Notes: generated by a model from the sequence alone, not told the origin. Shown: positions 52,536-62,574, counted from the stretch's first letter. The stretch is 64,000 nt of DNA from an uncultured Leptospirales bacterium (GCA_964652955.1 CAZZCF010000007.1:1-64000), one strand, 5' to 3'. Numbers and translations are program-made.

Positions 52536-53290
52536 ATAGAAAACTCATTCTTCTGGTTGATGACGAGCCCGATATCTGTGCCGAGATGAGTATCTTCCTG
52601 TCCAAAAAGGGATATGACGTGATTGTCGCAAACAATGGGAAGGATGCAATCGACCTTTTTAAATTAAGAAATCCGATTCTGGTGATAACCGATTTCAAGA
52701 TGCCCGGGATGGACGGTATTGAGCTCCTCAAAAAGATAAAGCTCATCAACCGCGACATTCACGTCATCCTCATGAGCGGCGTTGCGGATATAAAAACAAC
52801 GGTCACCGCCATGAAGGCCGACGCCTTTGACTTTGTCGCGAAGCCGGTTGATTTAAAAAAACTTGAACAGGCAATTAAGGTTGCCATTCAGCGGGCGGTT
52901 GATTCTCTCTCGAGAAAGGGAAAGAAGCTGGTGAGCCTCTTCCTTACCCATGAAGGGCTTGAAGGTGAGCAGCCGGTCTCCGTTCTGTACTTCAATATTA
53001 ATATTGATGAATACTCTCAGGAGCGCTATCGTGCCGAGTTCCATGATCTCATGGTAGATGGCCATCTGCGGGAACATATTATATTCAACATGCAAAGTGT
53101 GATGTATATCAACAATATCGGGCTGAACTTTCTCATCTATATTAAAGAGTCACTGAATGAGCGTAACCATAAAATATATATGTGCAATGTTCAGAATCCG
53201 GTGCAGAATTATCTAAGTACCCTCGGGTACAGCAGCTTTTTCAACGTGGAGACGAGCCTTGAAACTATTATTGAGAAGATTCGCTACTGA
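52496..53290 (+). CDS. Response regulator with a C-terminal STAS (anti-sigma-factor-antagonist-like) domain
   Basis: 264 aa. REC (ILVITDFKMPGMDG), then an about 110-aa domain resembling SpoIIAA/STAS. The start may instead be the TTG at about 52532 overlapping the upstream stop. Confidence 0.7.
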   Translation: MQQFRKSAGGATLNRKLILLVDDEPDICAEMSIFLSKKGYDVIVANNGKDAIDLFKLRNPILVITDFKMPGMDGIELLKKIKLINRDIHVILMSGVADIKTTVTAMKADAFDFVAKPVDLKKLEQAIKVAIQRAVDSLSRKGKKLVSLFLTHEGLEGEQPVSVLYFNINIDEYSQERYRAEFHDLMVDGHLREHIIFNMQSVMYINNIGLNFLIYIKESLNERNHKIYMCNVQNPVQNYLSTLGYSSFFNVETSLETIIEKIRY

Positions 53291-53382
53291 TTCTGGTGAT
53301 ATACCATCGTTCTTAGAGGGGAATGATCTTCCTGATGTGATTCAGGAACGCTCCGGCAGAGGCGGTGGGTAAGGAGAAAATA

Positions 53383-54537
53383 ATGGAAGAAAAAATTCTG
53401 GTTGTCGATGATGAGCAGAACGTGCTTGACGGTATCAAGCGGCACCTGCACGGCAAGCTGAATATAATCACTGCCGGATCGGGTATGGAAGGCCTGGAGA
53501 TGATAAAGACCAGCGAGCCCTTTTCGGTGGTTGTTTCCGACTACAAGATGCCGCAGATGAACGGCGTCATGTTTCTTGCGAAGGTGGGTGAGATGGCACC
53601 CGACACCGTTAAGATTATGCTCACCGGACAGGCGGATATGCAGGCAATTATCGATGTCATCAATCAGGGAACCATATTCCGATTTCTGACAAAACCGTGT
53701 CCTCCCGATCTGCTCAGGAAAAATATTTATGATGGCATTCATCAGTATCGATTAATCAACGCCGAGAAGGAGCTTCTCGGGAAGACCCTCAGCGGGAGCA
53801 TCAAGCTCCTCAGCGATCTCCTTGCGCTGGCGAAACCGGAAGCCTTCAGCCGCTCTCTGCGCGTGCGGCATATCGTGCGGCAGATTGCCGAAAAGATGGA
53901 TCTGGGGAATATATGGCAGGTCGAGATTGCGGCGATGCTGTCCCAGATAGGCTGTATAACCATTCCGGATTCGATACTCAGCAAGGTGTACCGGGATATT
54001 CGGCTTCATCCCGATGAGATGCTCATGTTCGAGAATCATCCGAAAACCGGAAGCGAGATGCTTGCCAATATCCCCCGTCTGGAGCCGGTTGCCGAGATTG
54101 TGCTGTATCAGGAGAAGCTCTTCGACGGCACCGGTTTCCCCCGCGATAAGAGAAGCGGCGAGGATATTCCCCTGGGCGCCCGCATCCTGAAGGTTGCCCT
54201 GGACTTCGACAAGATGCTTCAATCCGGATTGGACACGAATGAGGCCATAGATGAAGTGAAGAAGCGTATGAGATGGTATGATTATAAAGTTGTTCAAAAA
54301 CTTGATAAAACAATATCGCGTGACAACAAAAAGAAGAAGATCTATACGGTTAAAGAGGTCATGATCGATCATTTAGACGATACCATGCTCCTTGCCAAGG
54401 AGCTCGTCTCCGCTTCGGGAGTGGTTCTCGGGAGCAAAAACCAGCGGTTGACCAAATCGATGATAATAACGCTGAAGAATTACAGAAAGAACAGGGAGAT
54501 AAAAGATCCCATTATGGTGGTGGTTCCGCTCACGTGA
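53383..54537 (+). CDS. Response regulator with a degenerate HD-GYP-like output domain
   Basis: Start chosen at MEEKIL (AAGGAG RBS; track ORF starts at 53365). REC intact (VVVSDYKMPQMNG). The output domain aligns with HD-GYP but lacks the HD dyad (SQIGCITIP) and has YQEKLFDGTGFP in place of HHE...GYP. Confidence 0.7.
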   Translation: MEEKILVVDDEQNVLDGIKRHLHGKLNIITAGSGMEGLEMIKTSEPFSVVVSDYKMPQMNGVMFLAKVGEMAPDTVKIMLTGQADMQAIIDVINQGTIFRFLTKPCPPDLLRKNIYDGIHQYRLINAEKELLGKTLSGSIKLLSDLLALAKPEAFSRSLRVRHIVRQIAEKMDLGNIWQVEIAAMLSQIGCITIPDSILSKVYRDIRLHPDEMLMFENHPKTGSEMLANIPRLEPVAEIVLYQEKLFDGTGFPRDKRSGEDIPLGARILKVALDFDKMLQSGLDTNEAIDEVKKRMRWYDYKVVQKLDKTISRDNKKKKIYTVKEVMIDHLDDTMLLAKELVSASGVVLGSKNQRLTKSMIITLKNYRKNREIKDPIMVVVPLT

Positions 54538-54590
54538 GCTAATATGCCGGGGAAGACCTCCGATAAAAAATTTGAGCACTGTAATCGACC

Positions 54591-55982
54591 ATGAATGATA
54601 TTCGCCTGCTCATCGTTACAAGAAACCCTGATAGGTGCTCATGGCTCATGGAAACACTGCTGGAGGGGCATTACAATATCATTGTTGTCAACCGGATTGC
54701 AGAGGCGAAACGGAAAACAAAAAATGAATACTTTGATTTAATCATTGCCTTGACCGATTCGATTACGGAGAGCGATTCGGCAATACGGCGGTTCATAAAT
54801 GGAGAGGATCTCAACAAGAAGATACCCGTCCTTCTGATGAATCCCGAGAAGCTCACGGTCGAATTATTTTTTCGCTGGCTCAACAGGGGAATGGGACATC
54901 ACATCAACAATCCGTATCAGAAAGAGTATCTCATAACGAGCATACGGGAATTAATAAACAGCAGTAATCCGAAGGATGCGAAGAACGAACGTATCTGCAT
55001 GGAGATAAAGTCAGATAAAAAAAAGTATTCACTTAAACTGGGTAAAGCGCAGTTAAGAGATTTCCTGGTATCAACCATCAGGAATGCCGTACAGCAGAAT
55101 CTCATGATTCAAAAGGCCCGGGAAGAGCTGACCGCGCTTAATGAGAATACCATGAGAGATTCCCCGGAGGATATTGTATCAGCGGGGAACCGAAAGAGCG
55201 ATGGTTTAAAAAAGGAACTGATAGCCGCATTCGAAAATGAAGAATTTACGGTATACTATCAGCCGATTGTTTCTCTCAAGCGGGGGAAGATTGCCGGTTT
55301 TGAGGCGCTTGCCCGGTGGGAGCATCCAAGCAGAGGGCTCGTGAAGCCAGACGCGTTTATTCCGCATGCCGAGGAGACGGGGCTTATTATCCCCCTGGGG
55401 AACTGGATAATCGAGAAGTCGGTCGGGCAGCTGAAGAAGTGGCATGAGACTTTCCATTCCGATCCTTCCCTTTCTATAAGTATCAATCTCTCGGCTGTTC
55501 AGTTCAGACATGAGGGACTGTACGAAACCATCGAAGAGATAGTTGCCCGTTACCGCGTCCCTCCCGATACAATCAAGTTTGAGATTACGGAAAGCGCCCT
55601 CATGGAGGACAAGGAATCAGCTAATATGATGCTCCTCAAGCTCAAAGCAATGGGTTTTCAGATCTGCATGGATGATTTCGGAACCGGCTATTCATCGCTC
55701 AGCTATCTCAGGCACTTTCCCGTTGATATTCTCAAGATAGACAAGTCCTTTGTTCGATGGATGGGTTTTGACGATGAGAGCGAGGTCATTGTGCAGATAA
55801 TCGTTCAACTGGCCCATTTCCTTCACATGCAGGTCATCGCCGAAGGAATTGAGAATCAGGAGCATTACCGGAAGCTCAGTGAGCTCTCCTGCGAGTACGG
55901 GCAGGGATATCTTTTTTCAAAACCGATCGATGCCCGATCGGCAGAAGAGCTGTTACGATCTGAAACGGTTTGGAATTGTTAG
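54591..55982 (+). CDS. EAL-domain c-di-GMP phosphodiesterase with an N-terminal pseudo-receiver domain
   Basis: 463 aa. The N-terminal REC-like fold has Ala at the acceptor position (DLIIALTD). The C-terminal EAL has catalytic motifs (QPIV, FEALARW, DDFGTGYSSLSYL, KIDKSF, EGIE). Confidence 0.8.
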   Translation: MNDIRLLIVTRNPDRCSWLMETLLEGHYNIIVVNRIAEAKRKTKNEYFDLIIALTDSITESDSAIRRFINGEDLNKKIPVLLMNPEKLTVELFFRWLNRGMGHHINNPYQKEYLITSIRELINSSNPKDAKNERICMEIKSDKKKYSLKLGKAQLRDFLVSTIRNAVQQNLMIQKAREELTALNENTMRDSPEDIVSAGNRKSDGLKKELIAAFENEEFTVYYQPIVSLKRGKIAGFEALARWEHPSRGLVKPDAFIPHAEETGLIIPLGNWIIEKSVGQLKKWHETFHSDPSLSISINLSAVQFRHEGLYETIEEIVARYRVPPDTIKFEITESALMEDKESANMMLLKLKAMGFQICMDDFGTGYSSLSYLRHFPVDILKIDKSFVRWMGFDDESEVIVQIIVQLAHFLHMQVIAEGIENQEHYRKLSELSCEYGQGYLFSKPIDARSAEELLRSETVWNC

Positions 55983-56034
55983 GTTGCAATACCATGAAGC
56001 TGAATTTATGTGGTGAGTGTTCATGGGGGAATAA

Positions 56035-56361
56035 CTAATTCACATAACAAATATTTTTCTCGGCATTGATGACGCCATTCCCTGCGAAATGATTATCAAC
56101 GAGCTTGTCGCGAATTCATTGAAATACGCCTTTCCCGACCAAAGTAAGGGTGAAATATCAATAGATTTTCACAAGGACTCTTCGGGGGATCATACTCTCG
56201 TCGTGCGTGATAGCGGTGTGGGAGTTCCCGATAATATTGACATTTCAACAACTGAATCCCTCGGTTTGCATCTGGTGCATTCCTTGACAAAACAGCTGAA
56301 AAGGGATGTTGCTCTGGATAGGAGGAACGGAATGGCGGTAACCGTTATATTTCCCGAATGA
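56035..56361 (+). pseudogene. 3' remnant of a HisKA_2-type histidine kinase gene (HATPase_c domain only)
   Basis: The frame opens just after a stop. It encodes IDDAIPCEMIINELVANSLKYAFPD...TESLGLHLV, paralogous in protein and DNA to the C-terminus of 44154..46859. No upstream H-box or sensor. Confidence 0.55.
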
Positions 56362-56615
56362 GGAAAAAAATTTCGACGCAGATGGTACAATATGCGCAGT
56401 GTACATTCTGCGAGAAGCAAATTTTAATATGTCAATTCGGCACTTCCATTTTACGATTTCACAATGATGTCATTCACGAGAAAATCATAGAGAAAACACG
56501 CCGAAGAATATAAAATGAATACGGAAAGAGCAGTCGAAAATAATTTTCTTGCAATTATTATAGCCCTCTGTCAATCTACAGGCTCACTATCACCTTGAAG
56601 GAACGCGGCTGATCA

Positions 56616-58655
56616 ATGGGCTGGCTCACGCTACTTTTTTCAATTGCTGCTTTTGCGCTTCTCCTTATCGGCATCCTGCTTGCCGCTGTATTCCTGTATC
56701 TTTTCAAGGTGTATTCCCGTTTATCTTTAGATGAGCTTCCGGTGGCGGCAGGCGCTCGGGGAGATAACTTCGAGGTGCGTTCTGCAAAAGGAGTGCCCTA
56801 TTTGTGGAGCTATGGGCTTCCCTATCCGACCGATTGCGATGAGACCGGTCACCGGGTGCAGATGCTCACCGGCCACTGGGAGATGAAATTTGATCCCGAT
56901 GCCATCGGCGAGATGGAGCGATGGCATACCCTGAGCATTAACGGAAACTGGATTGGCGTTTCCGTTCCCTTTACCTATAACGCCGCGGAGAGCCCCCATA
57001 CCGCCTATGAGGGATATACCTGGTTCTGCAAGCGGTTTCGCCTTTCTTTCAGGAGAAAAGAAAATCACTTTATTCGTCTCTGCTTCCGGGGAGTATTGTT
57101 GCGCTGTACCGTCTGGCTCAACGGAAAGCTCCTCGGTGTCCGGGAGGGCGGCTACACTCCCTTCTATTTCGATGTTTCTGAACATATCCAGGAGGGGATG
57201 GAGAATTTCCTGGTGGTGAGGAGTGATAACCGGTTAACCGAGGTCTCGCTGCCACCCCGGATCCGCGCGGATCACAATCCGGGCTGGCATACCTATGGGG
57301 GTATCTACCGCGATGTGTACCTCGAGCTGATACCCGAAACCTATGTGTTCAAGGTTGATGCGAGGCCGGAGGTGAATGATGACCATGCGGCACTTGCGGT
57401 TGATATCCTCGTGCACAATCGCAGGATACGGAGACCCTATTCGCTCTCCTGCACGGTAGCCGATCAGGGGCACACGGTTGGCCATGAGCGTATCGAGAGC
57501 CGTACACCGGGAAAGGTAGAGCGGCATTCCTTTACGGTGCGTATTGCGAGGCCGAAGCTCTGGTCTCCCGAATCTCCCCATCTCTATGATGTCCGCCTCT
57601 CGCTTAAATCGAAGGGGATACGAGAGGATCTTCTGGTGAAAACCGGCATGCGAACCGTTTCCGTGGAAGGTGAATCGCTTCTGCTCAACGGGAAGCAGAT
57701 CTTCCTCAAGGGTATCTGCAAGCATGAGGATGATCCTGAGGCCGGCGCCACTCAGACGGATGATATCATCAAGCGGGATCTCTCGCTCATTCGGCGCATG
57801 GGCGCCAATTATATCAGGATGGCGCACTATCCGCATCGGTCAAAAGAGCTCCTGCGCGCGCGGGACATGGGATTTCTTCTCAGCGAGGAGATCCCCCTCT
57901 ATCAGGCGGGGGTTGGATTTACCGCGTGGTATGAGGAGAAGAAGAGCATTGCCCTGTTTCCCCATCGGCTTTTCGGAATGAAACAGATGAGCAACCGGGA
58001 GCTTCTCCTGAATGCGCAGCGAGAGCTCATTGAGATGATAGAGCGTGATCGAAATAATCCGGCTGTCATCCTCTGGAGCGCGGGGAATGAGTGCTATACC
58101 CTCTTCGAGGGGGGGAAGATTTTCGGATGGCTCCGTTCCGTTGCGAAGGCCTTTGACCCGACGAGACCGGTCACCATGGCGGAGCTGACGTATAATATTC
58201 CGATCCTCGACCGGAGCAGAACAACAGCACGGTATATGGATGTTATCTCCCTGAATACCTACTACGGCTGGTACTACGGCAGGACCGATGGTATCGGTCC
58301 TCACCTGGACCGATTTCACAGGCGATATCCGGGAAAGCCCGTTATCCTGTCTGAATTCGGCGCCGGTGCGGCGCCGGGGAGAAGTGAGAGCAATGGCGTT
58401 TGGAAAGCCGAGCGGGTTGACTACGGGAAGACCTATTCGGAGGAGTATCAGGAAAAGGTAATGATCGATTACTGGAATACCGTACAGGAGAGGAAGCATG
58501 TCGTTGGGGTTTCGCCCTGGGTATTCTCCGATTTTTACAACACCTGGTTCCCGAACAATCCGGTTCCCTGTTACAATCTCAAGGGAGTGACATCGCGGGA
58601 GCGGGTGCCGAAGCGCTCCTATCATCAACTGAAGAAGCTCTACAGGAAAAAGTGA
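56616..58655 (+). CDS. Glycoside hydrolase family 2 (beta-glucuronidase/beta-galactosidase-like), membrane-anchored
   Basis: 679 aa. N-terminal TM helix. GH2 sugar-binding, Ig-like and TIM-barrel regions (MAHYPH, WSAGNECY acid/base region, NTYYGWY). Confidence 0.78.
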   Translation: MGWLTLLFSIAAFALLLIGILLAAVFLYLFKVYSRLSLDELPVAAGARGDNFEVRSAKGVPYLWSYGLPYPTDCDETGHRVQMLTGHWEMKFDPDAIGEMERWHTLSINGNWIGVSVPFTYNAAESPHTAYEGYTWFCKRFRLSFRRKENHFIRLCFRGVLLRCTVWLNGKLLGVREGGYTPFYFDVSEHIQEGMENFLVVRSDNRLTEVSLPPRIRADHNPGWHTYGGIYRDVYLELIPETYVFKVDARPEVNDDHAALAVDILVHNRRIRRPYSLSCTVADQGHTVGHERIESRTPGKVERHSFTVRIARPKLWSPESPHLYDVRLSLKSKGIREDLLVKTGMRTVSVEGESLLLNGKQIFLKGICKHEDDPEAGATQTDDIIKRDLSLIRRMGANYIRMAHYPHRSKELLRARDMGFLLSEEIPLYQAGVGFTAWYEEKKSIALFPHRLFGMKQMSNRELLLNAQRELIEMIERDRNNPAVILWSAGNECYTLFEGGKIFGWLRSVAKAFDPTRPVTMAELTYNIPILDRSRTTARYMDVISLNTYYGWYYGRTDGIGPHLDRFHRRYPGKPVILSEFGAGAAPGRSESNGVWKAERVDYGKTYSEEYQEKVMIDYWNTVQERKHVVGVSPWVFSDFYNTWFPNNPVPCYNLKGVTSRERVPKRSYHQLKKLYRKK

Positions 58656-58741
58656 AAGGATTTCCCTCTGACATGCAGGAGAGGAGAAGCCGCCGCGATG
58701 CCGTGATGCAGAGATGAAAAGGAAGAGGGTATAACCGCAGA

Positions 58742-59758
58742 GTGCCTATGAACGAGAAGGGTCCCTTTGATTTTTCCAGATTTCAGGAAGAGTTCTTCCC
58801 GGAGTGGGTCGAGCTGTTTCGCTCAGGATCGGGTATCGGCGACTACAGTTATAAAAAGGGCGGTCCCACGAGCCTCTACGGGACGACCGATATGCTCATA
58901 AGCCGATGCACCCTCGGCGAGCTGGATCTCTCGGAGGGGGAGAGGGATGAATGGGCGACGTGCATCAATCAGTTTCAGAAGCCCGATACTGGCTGGTACC
59001 GGAAGACCTATACCTATACCCACTACCGGGAGCACACCACCGCCTATGCCGTGGCGGCGCTGCATCTGATCAACAGGCGTCCCGCCTATCCGATGGGATG
59101 GAGGGATGCGATCCTCTCCTCAACAGAAGCAATGGAAAAGTGGATCAGGGGGGTGAACTGGTCGCTCATCTGGCCGGGCTCGCACATTATTGCCGGTATC
59201 CCGGCAATGCTCCTCATGCTCGGCGAGGAAACGGATGAATTTCTCACCTGGTATTTCAACTGGCTGGACCGTGAGGCTGATCCCGCTTCCGGTTTCTGGT
59301 GCCGGGGCCTCGTACATCGCCTGCGTGTCATCCGGAAGCCCACCAAGCACGAGATGGGCGGCGCCTTCCACATGTACTATGTCTACGAGTTCTGCAGCAG
59401 GGAGTGGCGCTATCCCGAGCGGATCATCAATCACACCCTCCGGCTTCAGCAGCCCAACGGCCTCTGGGACGGTGCGGTATCCTATTGTATTGATCTGGAC
59501 GGAATCTACTGCCTCACCCGATCATGCCGAATTGCGGATGGATATCGCAAAGATGATGTACGTGCGGCTGTTGTCCGATATCTCGCTGCCGCTGAGAAAA
59601 TTCTCACCGATCGGGAGTTTTTCTTTCGTCACTATAGCAATTCCCATATTCTGCCAGGCGCGCTCTCGGCAATTGCCGAATGCCAGAAGCTCTACCCCGA
59701 GCTGGTGAAGACGCCGCGGCCGTGGATACAGACTCTCGACAGGGCCTGTTTTATTTGA
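58742..59758 (+). CDS. Hypothetical protein
   Basis: 338-aa ORF between the GH2 and GPH genes. No confident family recognised. Trp/Tyr-rich repeats suggest an alpha/alpha fold. Confidence 0.45.
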   Translation: MPMNEKGPFDFSRFQEEFFPEWVELFRSGSGIGDYSYKKGGPTSLYGTTDMLISRCTLGELDLSEGERDEWATCINQFQKPDTGWYRKTYTYTHYREHTTAYAVAALHLINRRPAYPMGWRDAILSSTEAMEKWIRGVNWSLIWPGSHIIAGIPAMLLMLGEETDEFLTWYFNWLDREADPASGFWCRGLVHRLRVIRKPTKHEMGGAFHMYYVYEFCSREWRYPERIINHTLRLQQPNGLWDGAVSYCIDLDGIYCLTRSCRIADGYRKDDVRAAVVRYLAAAEKILTDREFFFRHYSNSHILPGALSAIAECQKLYPELVKTPRPWIQTLDRACFI

Positions 59759-59948
59759 TCATATATGAATTTTGGGAAAGGGAGTCGGCTGTCTGTATCT
59801 GTCCGTGCTGTTGGCGGGGAGAGGGCAGCAGGGTGCCGGGGGAAGGTGATGAATAGTGAAATCGCCTGTTATCCGTTACCTGCCACTGATGCGATTCAAT
59901 TAATCGGTTTTCAACTGCGGTTATACTAAATGCAAAGAGGAGCTTGCA

Positions 59949-61409
59949 ATGACCGAAAAAAATTCTGAGAAGCTTCGTTTCGGAACAAAGATAGCCTACG
60001 GTGTCGGCGACACCTTCGGCGGGGGCGCCTTAATCGTTATTGGCATCTACTACCTCTATTTCCTCACCGACGTGGTGAAGATAGATCCCGCGCTCGCCGG
60101 TATCGTTCTCCTGCTGAGCAAGGTATGGGACGCCGTCTCCGATCCCATCATGGGATTTATCTCCGACCGGACGCGAACGCGATTCGGCCGGCGCCGTCCC
60201 TATTTTCTTGCCGGAATTATCTTTGTGTTTCTGGCAACCTTTCTCCTCTGGTATCCGGTTGACTTTGACCTCGAGCTGCACCGATTCGTTTTTGTGCTCT
60301 TCGCGTATATCTTCTTCTCGACTATCATTACCATGGTGCACGTTCCCTATACGGCGCTCTCCTCCGAGCTTACCCTCGATTACAGTGAGCGGACCTCCCT
60401 CGTTTCAGTGCGGATGTGGTTTTCCGGCCTCTCGGCTCTCGTCTGTGCTGCGATCCCACTCGAAGTGGTCAAGCACTTCCCCGATGTGCGACACGGGTAT
60501 ATAACCATGGGTATCTTTCTCGGATTATTCTTCGCCCTTCCCTTTATTGCGGTTTTTCTCTTCACCCGGGAACGGCCCGAGTTTCAGTCGGAGGTGCAAC
60601 CAATCGATGTGCGCCGCACTATCAGGGAATTCATGGAGCCCTTCAGGATGCGATCCTTTCGGAATGTGCTCTGGATGTACGTTTTCTCTTTTATGACCTT
60701 CGATGTGGTCATGGCGATTATCATCTACTTCATGACCTATTATCTCAAGAAAAGCGATCAGACAAACTACGTCTTTGCAACGCTCTTTATTATCAAGCTC
60801 GTCTTCATACCGGTGCTCTATGTGCTCAGCCAGCGCTTGAACAAGAAGACCAGCTTTGCATACTTCTGTTTTTTCATGCTCATCACCATGCTGTTGAGCT
60901 TTGTCATCGCGCCTGATTCCTCAATGATCGTCCTTCACCTCTTCGCAGCCGCGCTCGGTATTGCCGTTGGCGGGATCGCGGTTCTCGTCTGGGCAATCTT
61001 CCCCGATATCACCGACGTCGACGAGCTCTACAGCGGTCTGCGGCGGGAGGGCATCTACTCCGGCATCTTTACTTTTGCCCGGAAGGTCAGCTCGGCAGTT
61101 GCTCTCTTTATCATCTCAATCGCGATGTCGCTTGCCGGTTACCGGCCTCCGGTCAAGGAGACGGTTGACGGCGTGGTGAAGATGATCCCCCAGGAGCAGA
61201 CCGGTGAATTCATTATCGTGCTGCGGGTCGTCTTTGTGGTTGTGCCCGCGATCTTTCTCCTCATATCCTTCCTGAACTCGGTCCGGTATCCCCTGAGCCC
61301 CGCTCTTCATAACCGGCTCAAGGATTTTCTCATTAAGCGGAGAAGCGGGAAGGGAAAGCCGGATCTCCTTGCGGCGCAGGAGCGGGAATTCAAGGAGATA
61401 CTCATTTAG
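59949..61409 (+). CDS. MFS transporter, GPH cation symporter family (paralog of 25899..27371)
   Basis: 486 aa. GPH signature (GYGVGD...DAVSDPIMGFISDRTRTRFGRRRPY). Twelve predicted TM helices. Confidence 0.8.
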   Translation: MTEKNSEKLRFGTKIAYGVGDTFGGGALIVIGIYYLYFLTDVVKIDPALAGIVLLLSKVWDAVSDPIMGFISDRTRTRFGRRRPYFLAGIIFVFLATFLLWYPVDFDLELHRFVFVLFAYIFFSTIITMVHVPYTALSSELTLDYSERTSLVSVRMWFSGLSALVCAAIPLEVVKHFPDVRHGYITMGIFLGLFFALPFIAVFLFTRERPEFQSEVQPIDVRRTIREFMEPFRMRSFRNVLWMYVFSFMTFDVVMAIIIYFMTYYLKKSDQTNYVFATLFIIKLVFIPVLYVLSQRLNKKTSFAYFCFFMLITMLLSFVIAPDSSMIVLHLFAAALGIAVGGIAVLVWAIFPDITDVDELYSGLRREGIYSGIFTFARKVSSAVALFIISIAMSLAGYRPPVKETVDGVVKMIPQEQTGEFIIVLRVVFVVVPAIFLLISFLNSVRYPLSPALHNRLKDFLIKRRSGKGKPDLLAAQEREFKEILI

Positions 61410-62574
61410 CATCTCCGGCTCTCCGGTAAAAAATCAGAAAGAGGGCGACGAGCAGTGCGCCGAGAAGCGGCACGGCGTAGAGGCTGCTCGTGCCGGTGAA
61501 GAGATCGAGCAGGAAGAAGAATGTTCGATACAGGGTGATGACGAGCGCACTCATGGTCGGAACATCGACCGGTGTTTCCAGATTGACGGTGGAGAGCCTG
61601 GGGAGCCACCCGCGGAGCACGAGTGATTCCAGATTATAAAGATGCACGACAGATGAGAATCGTGCGGCGATGCGCAGGTCTTCGGCGAGATGTTCGAAGG
61701 AGAAGAAGGGTTTCATATAGCTTCCCAGGGCGGCGGAACCGCCGTTGAGCGATCGCGCATAGGAGAGCACATTGGCGGCGCCGGTTCCCAGTCCTGAATC
61801 TTTGAAGAAGCTCCGGTAGAACATATAGCTCGATATGTCAGATGGGACAAATACGATATGAAACATCTCCTGAATGGAGTTGTCTCCGTCGAGCATGTCG
61901 TCCAGGATATAGGCATAGTTGAAGGTGCTCACCTCATAGCCGTCTTTTTGCATTTGCAGAACCGTATCCCGGTAGATGAGAAATGCTTTTGTATAGAGAT
62001 CCCGATCGCGGTGATCGAGGAGAAATCCTATCGCCCCGAGAATACCGTCCCTTTTGACCGCCTCGCGGAGAAGCTGAACATCCTGATAGGTCGGCTCCAT
62101 GTCGAGCATGATACCTTTTACGGTGAGCCTGTTTTCCGAGACCCAGCGCTGGAACCGATCATAGAGTGCGGGGAATTTCTCCGCATTATCAGCGGAGAGC
62201 CAGTAGCCGTCCTCGAAGGGGTGGAGCGGCCATACCCATACCGGAATCCCCGCCCGGTTGAGACGCTTGACCGCCTGCGCCATCCGGGGGGTAAAATTGT
62301 CCACGGCCATGGATATCTCGTACCCCTCTGTCCTGAGCAGGTGTAAAACATCATTGCTGAAAAGTGTCAGGATGGTAAGACCACCGACATCCCGCTTCTC
62401 AATCTCGAATATGGTGTTTCCGATCTCGGTGAAGAGTATCACTCTTTCAAGAGGATGGTGGGGAACAGAAGCTGTCAGGCGGTATACCCGCCATGAGGTA
62501 ATAATCAACGTTATGATCAAGAGGACACTGATAAGGGTGATAAGTGAATAGAGTGCTGATCTTAAATATCTCAT
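61402..62574 (-). CDS. Hypothetical membrane-anchored protein
   Basis: 390-aa ORF with N- and C-terminal TM helices. No family recognised. Good coding-like composition and no competing ORF. Confidence 0.45.
   Translation of the reverse strand: MRYLRSALYSLITLISVLLIITLIITSWRVYRLTASVPHHPLERVILFTEIGNTIFEIEKRDVGGLTILTLFSNDVLHLLRTEGYEISMAVDNFTPRMAQAVKRLNRAGIPVWVWPLHPFEDGYWLSADNAEKFPALYDRFQRWVSENRLTVKGIMLDMEPTYQDVQLLREAVKRDGILGAIGFLLDHRDRDLYTKAFLIYRDTVLQMQKDGYEVSTFNYAYILDDMLDGDNSIQEMFHIVFVPSDISSYMFYRSFFKDSGLGTGAANVLSYARSLNGGSAALGSYMKPFFSFEHLAEDLRIAARFSSVVHLYNLESLVLRGWLPRLSTVNLETPVDVPTMSALVITLYRTFFFLLDLFTGTSSLYAVPLLGALLVALFLIFYRRAGDAK

Noticed and set aside
27600-56400. Whether the signalling island is a mobile genomic island
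   Set aside because: No integrase, transposase, tRNA target or flanking direct repeats were found. Coding density and GC content look native. The internal duplications look like local tandem events rather than mobile-element activity.
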